From contig CAWBZI010000002.1 of assembly GCA_963793265.1 (NCBI GenBank), forward strand, positions 256,001 through 320,000: 64,000 bases of DNA, given 5' to 3'. The number at the start of each line of letters is the position of its first letter. Within the stretch, counting starts at the first letter, position 1. Positions 42,158 through 51,871 of the stretch are shown here, piece after piece. The translations under genes and the position numbers were made by a program. This DNA comes from an uncultured cyanobacterium (GTDB lineage: Bacteria > Cyanobacteriota > Cyanobacteriia > Phormidesmidales > Phormidesmidaceae). Below the pieces are notes generated by a model. It saw only the letters and a program-made list of their open reading frames with translations, was not told where the DNA came from and searched no databases.

Positions 42158-43462
42158 ATGTCTCTACTTAACGCTGGTTCTTCTCAGCCGACGGTTTCAG
42201 TTTCGCCGTATAAAAAACGTGCTCACCGCGTCTCTCAGATCGAGATTGTGGAGATGGCGTGGGAAGCTCTATGGAGTAACAAGCTTCGCAGCGGGCTGAC
42301 AATGCTAGGCGTAATCATAGGCATTGGATCTGTTATCTCGATCACCTCTATCGGACAAGGGATTCAAAAGTCTACAGAAGAGAGTATTCGCGGTTTGGGC
42401 ACAGACACCTTACAAGTGGTTGCAGGCTCTGCCCAAAGCGATGGCATTAGCCAGGGGCAAGGATCGGTAACAACCCTCACCTGGGAAGATGCACAGGCTA
42501 TAGAACAACAAGCTCCTTCAGCAACAGTGGTGTCCGCTTATCTTCAGCGCAGTGTTCAGGCCGTCTATGGCGAAAACAACACTTCAACCACTGTATATGG
42601 GACTGATTTAGCCTATCCTAACGCTCGTAATACCTATCCAGCTCAGGGACGGTTTTTCACAGAAGAAGAGCTTTCAAGCTCAGCGTCCGTTGCTGTAATT
42701 GCACCGACCGTTCAAGCCGATTTATTTCCGCTAAATGTCAACCCGATTGGTGAGAAAATTCGTATTCAGAGCGAAATTTACGACGTCATTGGTGTGATGG
42801 AAGCCAAAGGTTCTCAGGGCCCGCTAGATCGCGATGATGCGATCTACATTCCGCTCACCACAATGTCAGCTCGGATTATTGGCAACAACTCGTTAATGGG
42901 TGTATCTGTCAATGGCATTTATGTGAAAGGGAGAACTGAAAGCGAGCTAGAGACGGTGAAATTTCAACTGGAGAACATACTGCGATTGCGTCACGATATT
43001 GCAACGCCCGAAGACGACGATTTTAGTATTATCAATCAGGCAGATATTTTAGAAACGCTCACAACCGTTTTAGGATTGCTGACGACTTTGATTGTAGCGA
43101 TCGCAGGCATTTCTTTAGTAGTCGGTGGCATTGGTATCGCCAATATCATGCTGGTTTCAGTCGTTGAGCGTACGCGCGAAATCGGTATTCGCAAGGCATT
43201 GGGCGCAACAGAAAGAACAATCTTGAGTCAATTTTTAACAGAATCCATCGTCATTTCCATCGCAGGTGGGGTTATTGGAATTGTACTTGGCACGGCTGTT
43301 ACCTTTGTCTCGGCAACAGCCTTTAGGTTCCCGTTTGTGATTTCCAGTAGCGCTGTTTTTGCGAGCTTCGGGCTCTCTACCGCAGTCGGGCTGGTTGCAG
43401 GCGTCATACCCGCAAGAAACGCTTCTAAGCTCGATCCGATTGTGGCCTTAAGAAGTGAATAG
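42158..43462 (+). CDS. MacB/FtsX-type ABC transporter permease
   Basis: NKLRSGLTMLGVIIGIGSV, ISLVVGGIGIANIMLVSVVERTREIGIRKALGA, PARNASKLDPIVALRSE. Confidence 0.95.
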   Translation: MSLLNAGSSQPTVSVSPYKKRAHRVSQIEIVEMAWEALWSNKLRSGLTMLGVIIGIGSVISITSIGQGIQKSTEESIRGLGTDTLQVVAGSAQSDGISQGQGSVTTLTWEDAQAIEQQAPSATVVSAYLQRSVQAVYGENNTSTTVYGTDLAYPNARNTYPAQGRFFTEEELSSSASVAVIAPTVQADLFPLNVNPIGEKIRIQSEIYDVIGVMEAKGSQGPLDRDDAIYIPLTTMSARIIGNNSLMGVSVNGIYVKGRTESELETVKFQLENILRLRHDIATPEDDDFSIINQADILETLTTVLGLLTTLIVAIAGISLVVGGIGIANIMLVSVVERTREIGIRKALGATERTILSQFLTESIVISIAGGVIGIVLGTAVTFVSATAFRFPFVISSSAVFASFGLSTAVGLVAGVIPARNASKLDPIVALRSE

Positions 43463-44153
43463 ATCTACAGTCAATTCATTCCAGAAAATTATGATCGAAA
43501 TGACAGGCATCACTAAGGTCTATCAGCTAGGCGACGTCGATGTGCCTATTTTGAAAGGCATTGATTTAACGATTAGTGCTAGTGAGTATGTTTCAGTGAT
43601 GGGTGCATCAGGGTCAGGCAAGTCTACCTTGATGAACATCATCGGCTGTCTGGATCAACCGACAGAAGGACACTATTCCCTGGAAGGGCGTGATTTGACG
43701 ACGCTAGATAAAGATGAACTCGCCTTCATTCGCAATCAAAAGATTGGCTTCATCTTCCAGCAGTTTAATCTGCTGCCACGATCGACAGCGGTGGAAAATG
43801 TCATGCTGCCGATGGTTTATGCCGGGATACCCAAAGATGAAAGACGCGATCGCGCTGAAATAGCCTTGCAGAAAGTTGGGTTGGGCGATCGCATCAACAA
43901 TCGACCCAGTCAGCTATCGGGTGGTCAGCAACAGCGGGTCGCGATCGCCCGTGCCCTGGTCAACGAACCCGCTCTCTTACTGGCAGATGAACCGACTGGC
44001 GCGCTAGATAGCCAAACCTCTCAAGAAGTGATGAGTCTATTTAATCAACTCAACAGCCAAGAAATTACAATTGTCATCATTACCCATGAGATTGAAGTAG
44101 CTGAGCAAGCCAAGCGACAAATTCGGATTCAAGACGGCTTGGTTGTAAGCTAA
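43455..44153 (+). CDS. ABC transporter ATP-binding protein (LolD/MacB-type)
   Basis: GASGSGKST, LSGGQQQRVAIARAL, ADEPTGALD. Confidence 0.96.
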   Translation: MNRSTVNSFQKIMIEMTGITKVYQLGDVDVPILKGIDLTISASEYVSVMGASGSGKSTLMNIIGCLDQPTEGHYSLEGRDLTTLDKDELAFIRNQKIGFIFQQFNLLPRSTAVENVMLPMVYAGIPKDERRDRAEIALQKVGLGDRINNRPSQLSGGQQQRVAIARALVNEPALLLADEPTGALDSQTSQEVMSLFNQLNSQEITIVIITHEIEVAEQAKRQIRIQDGLVVS

Positions 44154-44249
44154 AGCTATAGGCGTTAGGTCACGCTGTATCATGAAATAGCGGCGCTGTT
44201 ACGGCAGGGCCAACTTCCTATCGCTATCACTTAATGCACGTATCGTTAC

Positions 44250-44840
44250 ATGGCTAGGCCCAGCAAAATCACCAATGAACAAATTTTGAAAGCGGCTCAG
44301 GCAGTTTTTTTAGAAAAAGGATTTGGCGCGTCAACTCAAGAAATTGCTACCAAAGCAGGTATCTCTGAAGGGTCTATCTTTAAGCGATTTCCCACAAAGG
44401 AAGCGTTATTTATTGCAGCAATGGGCATGTCAAAAGTCTCTTCTGTGACTTCATTGATAGAGACAGTGCCTGGGCAAGGTGATTTACAAGAGAACCTCAA
44501 TGAAATTGGGCTTAAAATGATTGATTTCATCCAACAGCTATTGCCCAAAATGATGATGGTGAGATCAAAAGGGCTACCGCTACCACCAATGCTCACCGAA
44601 TCTGGCACAGCGCCTCCTGTGCTTGTCATCCAAGCGTTGACAGCTTTATTTGAAAAAGAGATCGCTTTAGGGCGGATGCGTTGCCCCCATCCTCAAATTG
44701 TTGCCATGATGTTTTTAGGCAGCATGACAGAGTATGTTTTTCTCTCGCAGGCGTCTGCGCCGTTGCCCGACCCTAAAGCCTATGTGGGCTCTGTCGTAGA
44801 CGTTCTTTGGAAAAGCATTCAACCTGATGACGTGAACTAG
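44250..44840 (+). CDS. TetR/AcrR family regulator (paralog of 38494-39072)
   Basis: ILKAAQAVFLEKGFGASTQEIATKAGISEGSIFKRFPTKEALF. Confidence 0.93.
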   Translation: MARPSKITNEQILKAAQAVFLEKGFGASTQEIATKAGISEGSIFKRFPTKEALFIAAMGMSKVSSVTSLIETVPGQGDLQENLNEIGLKMIDFIQQLLPKMMMVRSKGLPLPPMLTESGTAPPVLVIQALTALFEKEIALGRMRCPHPQIVAMMFLGSMTEYVFLSQASAPLPDPKAYVGSVVDVLWKSIQPDDVN

Positions 44841-45242
44841 CCTGGCGCTGTTTGGCAAAAGTCATTGTCTGAGCCCAAACAGACGGCCTTGGCGTATCTT
44901 TATCTGTATACATACCATCTACAGAGAACGCAACAGAAAGTCTGTGTCTGCGATCGCACTGCTTGGCTAGTTGGATAAAAGCACTCCTAGACCCCATCAT
45001 TCGTAGTCGACCTTTGTTTGGCATTACATACGCATTCAATTCGAGCTGACTGAGGCACTGCGTCGGGCGGATAGGCTACGCACATTAGGCGGCTCATTTC
45101 GCCCTCTGTTATATGAGCTAACCTACCGATTGAATTATCTTCAATGCTGGCAATTAATTGCACAATCATTCGACTAGCGAGCAAGCTCTGCTTTTCTAAG
45201 AGATTTACCTTTCTGAGAATATTTTCTCAGAAATAAAAGGGG

Positions 45243-45295
45243 TTGCACTTTTTTAATTTGTACGCTCTAATAAGATTAAGTCAATCGACTGATTA
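45243..45295 (+). promoter_or_regulatory. Promoter with operator type B upstream of the RND operon
   Basis: TTGCAC (-35-like) and imperfect palindrome AAGTCAATCGACTGATTA at 45278-45295. Confidence 0.6.
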
Positions 45296-45338
45296 ACTTT
45301 ATTCTATTCTTACAGATTCTGGCAAGCAGGTAATCACT

Positions 45339-46817
45339 ATGAACTCTGAACCTCTCCAATCTCCAAGCGCTTTTCCAGCCAATTCCGCAGGTGCTGGTTC
45401 AGCTTCTAGTCCTAAGCAGTGGCCTAAGTCTCTGAGGCGTCAGCCACGCTGGGTTAGATACGCTTTGCTAGGTTCTGTTGGGCTTTTGGTTGCCGTCGGT
45501 GGCGTGGCTGGCTACCGGGCACTCGTGAGTACACCGCCCGAAACATCTGCTGAACGAAGTGCGGCGTTGCCTGTCGAAACAACGGCAGTAGAGAGGGTTT
45601 CGTCATATCAAGTGCCGCGAACTTATACCGGAGAAATCGTGGCGCTTCGTAGCAGCGAGCTGGGCTTTGAGCGGGGCGGCGAGCTTGTTCAAGTTATGGC
45701 AGACGAGGGCCAGCGAGTGGCCGCGGGCCAGACGTTAGCAAGATTAGATATTCGGAACTTAGAGACGCAGCGACTTCAGGTTGAGGCGCAAAAGGCGCAG
45801 GCGATCGCCCGACTTACCGAGCTGCAAAATGGTGCTAGAGCAGAAGATATTGCAGCCGCTGAAGCTGCGGTAAGAGATTTAGAGCAGCAGCTCACCTTAC
45901 AAAGAACGCAGGAGCAGCGCCGAGAGTACCTTTATGAGAGAGGTGCGATCGCCAGAGAGCAGTTAGATGAATTTGCCTTCGGTGCTAATTCACTACAAGC
46001 TAAGCTAGATCAGGCTCAGAGCCACCTAGAAGAGCTGCGTAACGGCACTCGCTTTGAGCAGACTGACGCGCAAGAAGCCGTGGTGAATCAGCTTGACGCA
46101 CAACTCAGAGATATTGACGTTAATATCTCAAAAAGCACGATCTCTGCGCCTTTTGATGGTATTGTCGCTGAGCGAAGATCTGACGAAGGCACCGTAATAG
46201 GCACAGGACAAGCTGTTATTGAGCTAGTAGAAGCTGCAACGCCGGAAGTTCGAATTGGCATTCCAGCGAGTGTTGTAAACCAAATACAAATTGGCGCATC
46301 GGAAACTATCCGTATTAACAATCAGCCGTATTCTGCTGAAGTCACCGCAATTCTACCTGAGGTTGATCAAAGTACAAGAACTCAAACGGTTGTGCTGGCG
46401 CTAGATACGGCTGCAATCGGAGAAGTAGAGCCGGGGCAGACAGCGAGGCTAACGATATCAGAGACAATTCAATCTGATGGCTTTTGGCTACCAAGAGGGG
46501 CATTGACTCAAGGCATTCGGGGGCTATGGACTTGCTATGTTGTGGTGCCTGCTGCTGAATATAAAGGTTTGGAAGCTCAAGAAGCTTTTGTTGAAAAGGC
46601 TAAGGCGAACAGCAGTCAGACAGCAGAACAGGAGAATTCTCTGGTCGTAGAACAGCGATCGGTAGAGATTATTCAGCAAGAAACAACAGGCGATGGGGCT
46701 AATACCAGTACTCGCGTTTTAGTGAGAGGTACTCTACAGCCTGGAGATCAGGTCGTGACCAGCGGTGTTCATCGTTTAGTCCCAAAGCAAAAAGTCACAG
46801 CGGTTTCATCTCGATGA
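45339..46817 (+). CDS. RND efflux periplasmic adaptor subunit
   Basis: TM anchor; SELGFERGGEL, DEGQRVAAGQTLARLD, ISAPFDGIV, GTLQPGDQVVTSG. Confidence 0.93.
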   Translation: MNSEPLQSPSAFPANSAGAGSASSPKQWPKSLRRQPRWVRYALLGSVGLLVAVGGVAGYRALVSTPPETSAERSAALPVETTAVERVSSYQVPRTYTGEIVALRSSELGFERGGELVQVMADEGQRVAAGQTLARLDIRNLETQRLQVEAQKAQAIARLTELQNGARAEDIAAAEAAVRDLEQQLTLQRTQEQRREYLYERGAIAREQLDEFAFGANSLQAKLDQAQSHLEELRNGTRFEQTDAQEAVVNQLDAQLRDIDVNISKSTISAPFDGIVAERRSDEGTVIGTGQAVIELVEAATPEVRIGIPASVVNQIQIGASETIRINNQPYSAEVTAILPEVDQSTRTQTVVLALDTAAIGEVEPGQTARLTISETIQSDGFWLPRGALTQGIRGLWTCYVVVPAAEYKGLEAQEAFVEKAKANSSQTAEQENSLVVEQRSVEIIQQETTGDGANTSTRVLVRGTLQPGDQVVTSGVHRLVPKQKVTAVSSR

Positions 46818-46884
46818 AGCTGCCAACGTTCAACGACTCTTTACTTGTTTAAATCAACCACAATACGCTCAACTTAGAACTCCC

Positions 46885-49800
46885 ATGGTTCGTCCTTTTT
46901 TCCGCAATATCCGGCTTCTCCTTTTAACGATTGTTATTGTCTTAGTTTGGGGGATTTCCGCTATGCAATCCCTACCAAGGCAAGAAGATCCGACCCAAGT
47001 TTCCCGAGTCGCTGTTATAAACACGCTGTTCCCAGGTGCTAGTGCTGAGCGAGTAGAAGCACTGGTCACCGAAGTTGTCGAATCTGAAGTCTCTGCGATT
47101 GAAGAAGTAAAAACAATTAGCTCAACCTCACGAGTCGGCTTTTCAACCGTCGTCGTTGAGCTAGAAGATTCGGTTGAAAATGCAGAGCCTATCTGGTCTC
47201 GGGTACGAGATAAGATGGAAGATGCCAATATTCTTTTCCCACCTGGCGCTTTTAAGCCTGAGCTTGAAGCCACGGAGACTCGGGCATACGCAATGATTGC
47301 AGCTATTACCTGGGATCAAAGTAGCGCGCCCAACTACGCTATACTTAGGCGCTTTGGAGAAGAGTTTGAAATTCAGATGCGGGGCGTTGCAGGCACCGAA
47401 GAGATCGAAGAGTTTGGTATTCCAGATGAAGAAATCAATGTAGAAATCAATGCGTCTGACTTAGCCGCTGTTGGGCTCAGTGCTCAGCAGCTAGCCCAGC
47501 AAGTGAGTCAGAGTGACGCGAAAGTAACCGCCGGACAGCTGCGCAATCCCAACGAAAACTTATCGATTGAAGTAGATAGTGAGCTAAGTTCCCTAGAACA
47601 AATCCGACAGATTCCGATTCGCTCAGCGAACGGCCAGTTTACTCGACTAGGCGATGTTGCTAAAGTTGACCGCGGCGTCAGAGAGCCTCCTACCGATATC
47701 TCATTCGTCAACGGCAAACCAGCAGTTGCCTATGGCATTTTGATGAGTTCTGGACAACGAATTGACCAGTGGGCGGAAAGCGCTTTTCAGCAGATGGAAG
47801 CCTTTCGCACTCAGCTACCGGGTGGGCTCTCTCTAACCGTTCTGCTCGATCAGAGTCAATATGTGGATGCTCGGCTAGGGACACTGGTATCTAACCTAGT
47901 GTTCGGTGCGGCTTTAGTTGTGATTGTCACGTTTATTACGATGGGCTGGCGCTGTTCGTTGATTGTGGGCGCGGCGCTGCCGTTGAGTATTTGCGCTGTG
48001 CTCGGCCTAATGAGCGTGCTGGGCATTCCGATTCATCAAATATCGGTGGCTGGACTGATTATTGCACTGGGTCTATTAATCGATAACGCAGTGGTTGCCG
48101 TTGATGAGATTCAGGTAGAGCTAAAGCATGGTGTTGCGCCTGAAAATGCGGTCGTTGATACGGTGAAGTACCTTCAGGGGCCGTTGTTTGCCTCTACGAT
48201 CACGACCATGATGACATTTCTACCGATTGCGCTGTTGCCAGGGGGTGCAGGAGAGTTTGTTGGTTCTATCGCGATGACTGTGATTCTTTCGATTGGCTCA
48301 TCGCTTGTCCTTTCGCTCACGGTTATTGCAGCGATCACCGGTAAAATTTTGGGCGAGAGTGAAGCTGATATTGAGAAATTACAGAATCAGGATTCTCTCA
48401 GTATTTTTCAACGACTGTTTCGCATTCTGATGAAGCCGGGTGCCTGGTGGAACGACGGGTGGAGCCCCAAGCGACTGGGCAACTTCTATCGGTGGACGGT
48501 AAAGCGAGCAATGGCGAAACCTGTCTTTGCCATTGTATTGACAATGGTAATACCGGCTGTTGGTTTTATTCAAGCGGGCAGCTTGGACACTCAGTTTTTC
48601 CCCTCGTTAGATCGCGATCAGTTTCAGATAGAGGTTGAGTTTTCTCAGGAAAACGCGATCGCTAACTCTCAAGAGCAGGTAATGCGCGCCCGAGATTTGC
48701 TTTTGGAGTATGAACAGATAACCGAAGTTCACTGGTTTGTAGGTGAAAGCGCGCCTAAGTTCTACTACAACATTGGTGCGACCCGAGAAAATTCGCCTTA
48801 CTACGCGCAGGCGCTAGTGCAGCTTAACTCTTCAGAAGCGGTGACGCCCCTCATTCAAGAGATTCAGTCAGACCTAGATGTCGCACTTCCTGAAGCGCGA
48901 GTGCTGGTACGACAGCTAGAGCAAGGGCCGCCTTTTGATGCGCCGGTAGAGCTAAGGATATATGGGCCCAATATCGAAGAGCTAAGAGCGCTAGGCGCAA
49001 GAGCCAGAGAGATTCTGACGACAGTCCCTGATGTGGTACATGTCCGAGATGATTTGACCGCGACTGTTCCTAAATTAGTGCTGGAGATCGATGAAGAGCA
49101 GGCGCAGCAAGCAGGCGTTTCTAATCAAGAAGTTGCGCAGCAGCTACAGGCAACGCTAGAAGGTACCGTTGGAGGTTCTATTCTGGAATCGACTGAGAAC
49201 TTGCCTGTGCGCGTGCAAATTTCAGATGGTGATCGCGGCGATCTCTCTCAAATCGAGGCACTAAACCTACAGCCTGGACAAAACGGACAAGGACAAAATG
49301 CACAAGGGCAAGGCGACAGCTTTAGAACAGTGTCTGCACTCGGAGCGTTTAAGATAGTGCCACAGCTTTCGCAAATTGCACATCGCAATGAACAGCGTGT
49401 AAACACGGTACAAGGCTTTATCACAGCAGGTACACTGCCTTCTAAAGTGCTGGCCGATTTTCAGGCGGCGATGGAAGAACAGGGCTTTGAGCTACCTCCG
49501 GGCTACTACACAGAGATTGGAGGTGAGCAGGCCGAAAGCAGCGATGCAACAGGCGACTTATTAGGATCGGTTGGCCTACTGCTAGTTGCAATGGCCGCTG
49601 CCCTTGTGCTCTCGCTTCAGAGCTTTCGCTCGGCGGGTATTGTTGCAGCCGTTGGCGTTGGTTCTGTGGGTATGGCGTTATTCTCACTGTGGGCTTTTGG
49701 TTCGTTGCTAGGTTTTATGGCCATTGTGGGTGCGATGGGCCTAATCGGCATTGCTATTAACGGCAGCATTATTGTGCTCTCAGCTATCAATGAAGACAAG

Positions 49801-50109
49801 CCAGCTAGAGCAGGCGATCGCAAAGCCATACAAGAGGTGGTGATGCGCGCGACCCGTCACGTAGTGACGACAACGGTAACGACCATGGTTGGGTTTGCAC
49901 CGCTGCTGCTTTCGGGCGATCCCTTTTGGAACCCGCTCGCAGTTGCGATCGCAGGCGGCATTGGTGGCTCTCCTTTCCTGGCACTATATTTCACACCCGC
50001 AGCGTATTTGATGATGCATAGACGAGATCGTCGAGATGCTCACAATAACAATCACGACCAGACGACACGCCAGTCCAAACAATCCACACAAGCGCTACCT
50101 TCGACGTAG
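46885..50109 (+). CDS. RND efflux permease (AcrB/AcrD/AcrF family)
   Basis: PRQEDP, FPGASAERVE, ALGLLIDNAVV, GLIGIAINGSI, two TM clusters, 1074 aa. Confidence 0.95.
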   Translation: MVRPFFRNIRLLLLTIVIVLVWGISAMQSLPRQEDPTQVSRVAVINTLFPGASAERVEALVTEVVESEVSAIEEVKTISSTSRVGFSTVVVELEDSVENAEPIWSRVRDKMEDANILFPPGAFKPELEATETRAYAMIAAITWDQSSAPNYAILRRFGEEFEIQMRGVAGTEEIEEFGIPDEEINVEINASDLAAVGLSAQQLAQQVSQSDAKVTAGQLRNPNENLSIEVDSELSSLEQIRQIPIRSANGQFTRLGDVAKVDRGVREPPTDISFVNGKPAVAYGILMSSGQRIDQWAESAFQQMEAFRTQLPGGLSLTVLLDQSQYVDARLGTLVSNLVFGAALVVIVTFITMGWRCSLIVGAALPLSICAVLGLMSVLGIPIHQISVAGLIIALGLLIDNAVVAVDEIQVELKHGVAPENAVVDTVKYLQGPLFASTITTMMTFLPIALLPGGAGEFVGSIAMTVILSIGSSLVLSLTVIAAITGKILGESEADIEKLQNQDSLSIFQRLFRILMKPGAWWNDGWSPKRLGNFYRWTVKRAMAKPVFAIVLTMVIPAVGFIQAGSLDTQFFPSLDRDQFQIEVEFSQENAIANSQEQVMRARDLLLEYEQITEVHWFVGESAPKFYYNIGATRENSPYYAQALVQLNSSEAVTPLIQEIQSDLDVALPEARVLVRQLEQGPPFDAPVELRIYGPNIEELRALGARAREILTTVPDVVHVRDDLTATVPKLVLEIDEEQAQQAGVSNQEVAQQLQATLEGTVGGSILESTENLPVRVQISDGDRGDLSQIEALNLQPGQNGQGQNAQGQGDSFRTVSALGAFKIVPQLSQIAHRNEQRVNTVQGFITAGTLPSKVLADFQAAMEEQGFELPPGYYTEIGGEQAESSDATGDLLGSVGLLLVAMAAALVLSLQSFRSAGIVAAVGVGSVGMALFSLWAFGSLLGFMAIVGAMGLIGIAINGSIIVLSAINEDKPARAGDRKAIQEVVMRATRHVVTTTVTTMVGFAPLLLSGDPFWNPLAVAIAGGIGGSPFLALYFTPAAYLMMHRRDRRDAHNNNHDQTTRQSKQSTQALPST

Positions 50110-50117
50110 CTATAGCA

Positions 50118-50441
50118 ATGATAAAGTTTCCCGTCTTACAGTATCTCAATCAACTATTTTTCGATAACGGTAGAGCACTGGTTCTCAGCCCGAAAGCGTA
50201 CTGGAAAATTCACTGCGTTTTACAGTGCGAGCGCTGCTATCAGAGCCAGCCGCTAGAACGCTCTTGGCGGTTAGATTACAGTGATTTTATAATAAGAAAC
50301 TGGGCGATAGCAGACCGGCATCTCTTAGAAGAAGAAAGTGGCGACTTTCTAGAGCACTGCTGGCGGCTGAATTTTAAAGAACACAGCCTTCACGGCCATT
50401 TTGAAGAACCGCCATCAGACTCTTTTGAGAATGATGTTTGA
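50118..50441 (+). CDS. Hypothetical small protein with repeated LExxWRL motif
   Basis: Starts 8 nt after the RND stop; LERSWRL and LEHCWRL repeats. Confidence 0.55.
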   Translation: MIKFPVLQYLNQLFFDNGRALVLSPKAYWKIHCVLQCERCYQSQPLERSWRLDYSDFIIRNWAIADRHLLEEESGDFLEHCWRLNFKEHSLHGHFEEPPSDSFENDV

Positions 50442-50489
50442 TAGCGCTATAGCAACAGAATTTAAGGCTATCTAATCTTAACCAGCAGC

Positions 50490-51107
50490 ATGAACAGATC
50501 AATTTTTTACATTCCAGACTCAAGTAAACCCGCGGAAGTGACTGCCTCTTTGTCAGCGGCCTTACAGGTCTTTGAGGCATACGGATATTCAATGGCCAGC
50601 ATGGCTCGCATCGCTGAGGTCTCAAATATCAGTGAGCGTAAGCTGTATAGCTATTTCGATAGTAAGCAGGCGTTGTTCGAGGTGCTCGTCAAGCATTTGA
50701 TAGAGAGCACCTACCAAACACTTTTTAGCATCATTAGGGAATACGACTTTAATCTTCCGCCAAAACAAGTGCTAGCGCAGGTCGCTACTGTAACGCTTGA
50801 AAGCGTCTCTAGAGACCAGTCATTTTTAACGTTAATACGGCTGATTGTAGAAGAATCTAGCCGATTTCCTGAGCTAGCTAAGATATTCGTCTTGGAAATA
50901 GAGAAACCACTGCTTGAACAGCTCTCCTCTTATCTACGATTCCATCCAAACGTTCAGGTCAAAGATCCGATGGCTTCAGCACGAATTTTCGTGGGTGCAC
51001 TAGCGCACTATCTGCTTATACAAGAAATGTTCAACGGGAAAGCAGATCTGCCCTTTGACTCAGAAAGAATGATTGCTGTTCTCGTTTCTCAGATTATAGG
51101 TGCCTAA
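50490..51107 (+). CDS. TetR/AcrR family regulator
   Basis: AALQVFEAYGYSMASMARIAEVSNISERKLYSYFDSKQALF; ESSRFPELA. Confidence 0.9.
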   Translation: MNRSIFYIPDSSKPAEVTASLSAALQVFEAYGYSMASMARIAEVSNISERKLYSYFDSKQALFEVLVKHLIESTYQTLFSIIREYDFNLPPKQVLAQVATVTLESVSRDQSFLTLIRLIVEESSRFPELAKIFVLEIEKPLLEQLSSYLRFHPNVQVKDPMASARIFVGALAHYLLIQEMFNGKADLPFDSERMIAVLVSQIIGA

Positions 51108-51130
51108 GCTGATAGTGCATACATAGTGCA

Positions 51131-51148
51131 TAAGTGACTAATCGCTTA
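51131..51148. promoter_or_regulatory. Operator type A-like palindrome upstream of ndhC
   Basis: TAAGTGA-CTAA-TCGCTTA, one mismatch to the TRAGTRA-N4-TYACTYA core. Confidence 0.45.
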
Positions 51149-51201
51149 GGCATCATCAAATTTTTGTTGAAAACTTTCAATCATTATCGCAGGAGTACGC
51201 T

Positions 51202-51564
51202 ATGTTTGTTTTAAGTGGGTATGAGTATTTTTTAGGCTTTTTATTGCTTAGCAGCTTAGTCCCTGTTGTGGCCTTGGTCGCGGCCAAACTGTTGCGCCCA
51301 CCCACTGCTGGGCCAGCTAGCCGAACAACCTACGAATCAGGCTGTGAACCTATCGGTGGCGCATGGATTCAGTTCAATGTTCGATACTACATGTACGGTT
51401 TAGTTTTTCTGATATTTGATATAGAGACAGTCTTTTTGTATCCTTGGGCGGTTGCCTTCCACTCTCTAGGTCTTTTCGCTTTTTTAGAAGCCTTAATATT
51501 TATTGGAATTCTAGTGGTTGGCCTAGTCTATGCTTGGCGTAAAGGTGCCTTGGAATGGTCATAG
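51202..51564 (+). CDS. ndhC: NAD(P)H-quinone oxidoreductase (NDH-1) subunit 3, stand-alone copy
   Basis: [66 protein letters not shown]. Confidence 0.96.
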   Translation: MFVLSGYEYFLGFLLLSSLVPVVALVAAKLLRPPTAGPASRTTYESGCEPIGGAWIQFNVRYYMYGLVFLIFDIETVFLYPWAVAFHSLGLFAFLEALIFIGILVVGLVYAWRKGALEWS

Positions 51565-51680
51565 TGTTGAAGAGGTCATCTTACATATGCCACATAGAAG
51601 ATTGCTATGCTTTTAGCTCAACACAATGCATTGTCACTCTGCCAGCCGCTCGAACGTATTTTTATCAACAATTAAACCTG

Positions 51681-51732
51681 TTGACAACAGCTAGTCTTTC
51701 ATCTATCTTTTAATAAATCACTCGACTGACTT
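51681..51732 (+). promoter_or_regulatory. Promoter with operator type B upstream of the glutaredoxin-fusion pair
   Basis: TTGACA-N17-TATCTT, then AAATCACTCGACTGACTT at 51715-51732. Confidence 0.65.
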
Positions 51733-51871
51733 GTTAAAAGCACAATAGAATCATCCGCTAAGCGCTTGCGCAGATGATGAAAAGCCTTATCCCGCCAGTT
51801 ATTTAGACTTCTCGACCCGTATCAAAAAATGTTGCTTTCCTATCTCTTTAAGGATTAAGGAGGATTAAGAC

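Noticed and set aside
44845..45190. Possible transposase C-terminal relic on the minus strand (RIECVCNAK.../GRLRMMG... ending GACTTTTGCCAAACAGC)
   Set aside because: Similarity needs a frameshift and is too weak to support without tblastn
51555..51713. Short ORF overlapping the ndhC stop where ndhK would normally start
   Set aside because: The translation has no NdhK motifs and ends after about 52 codons
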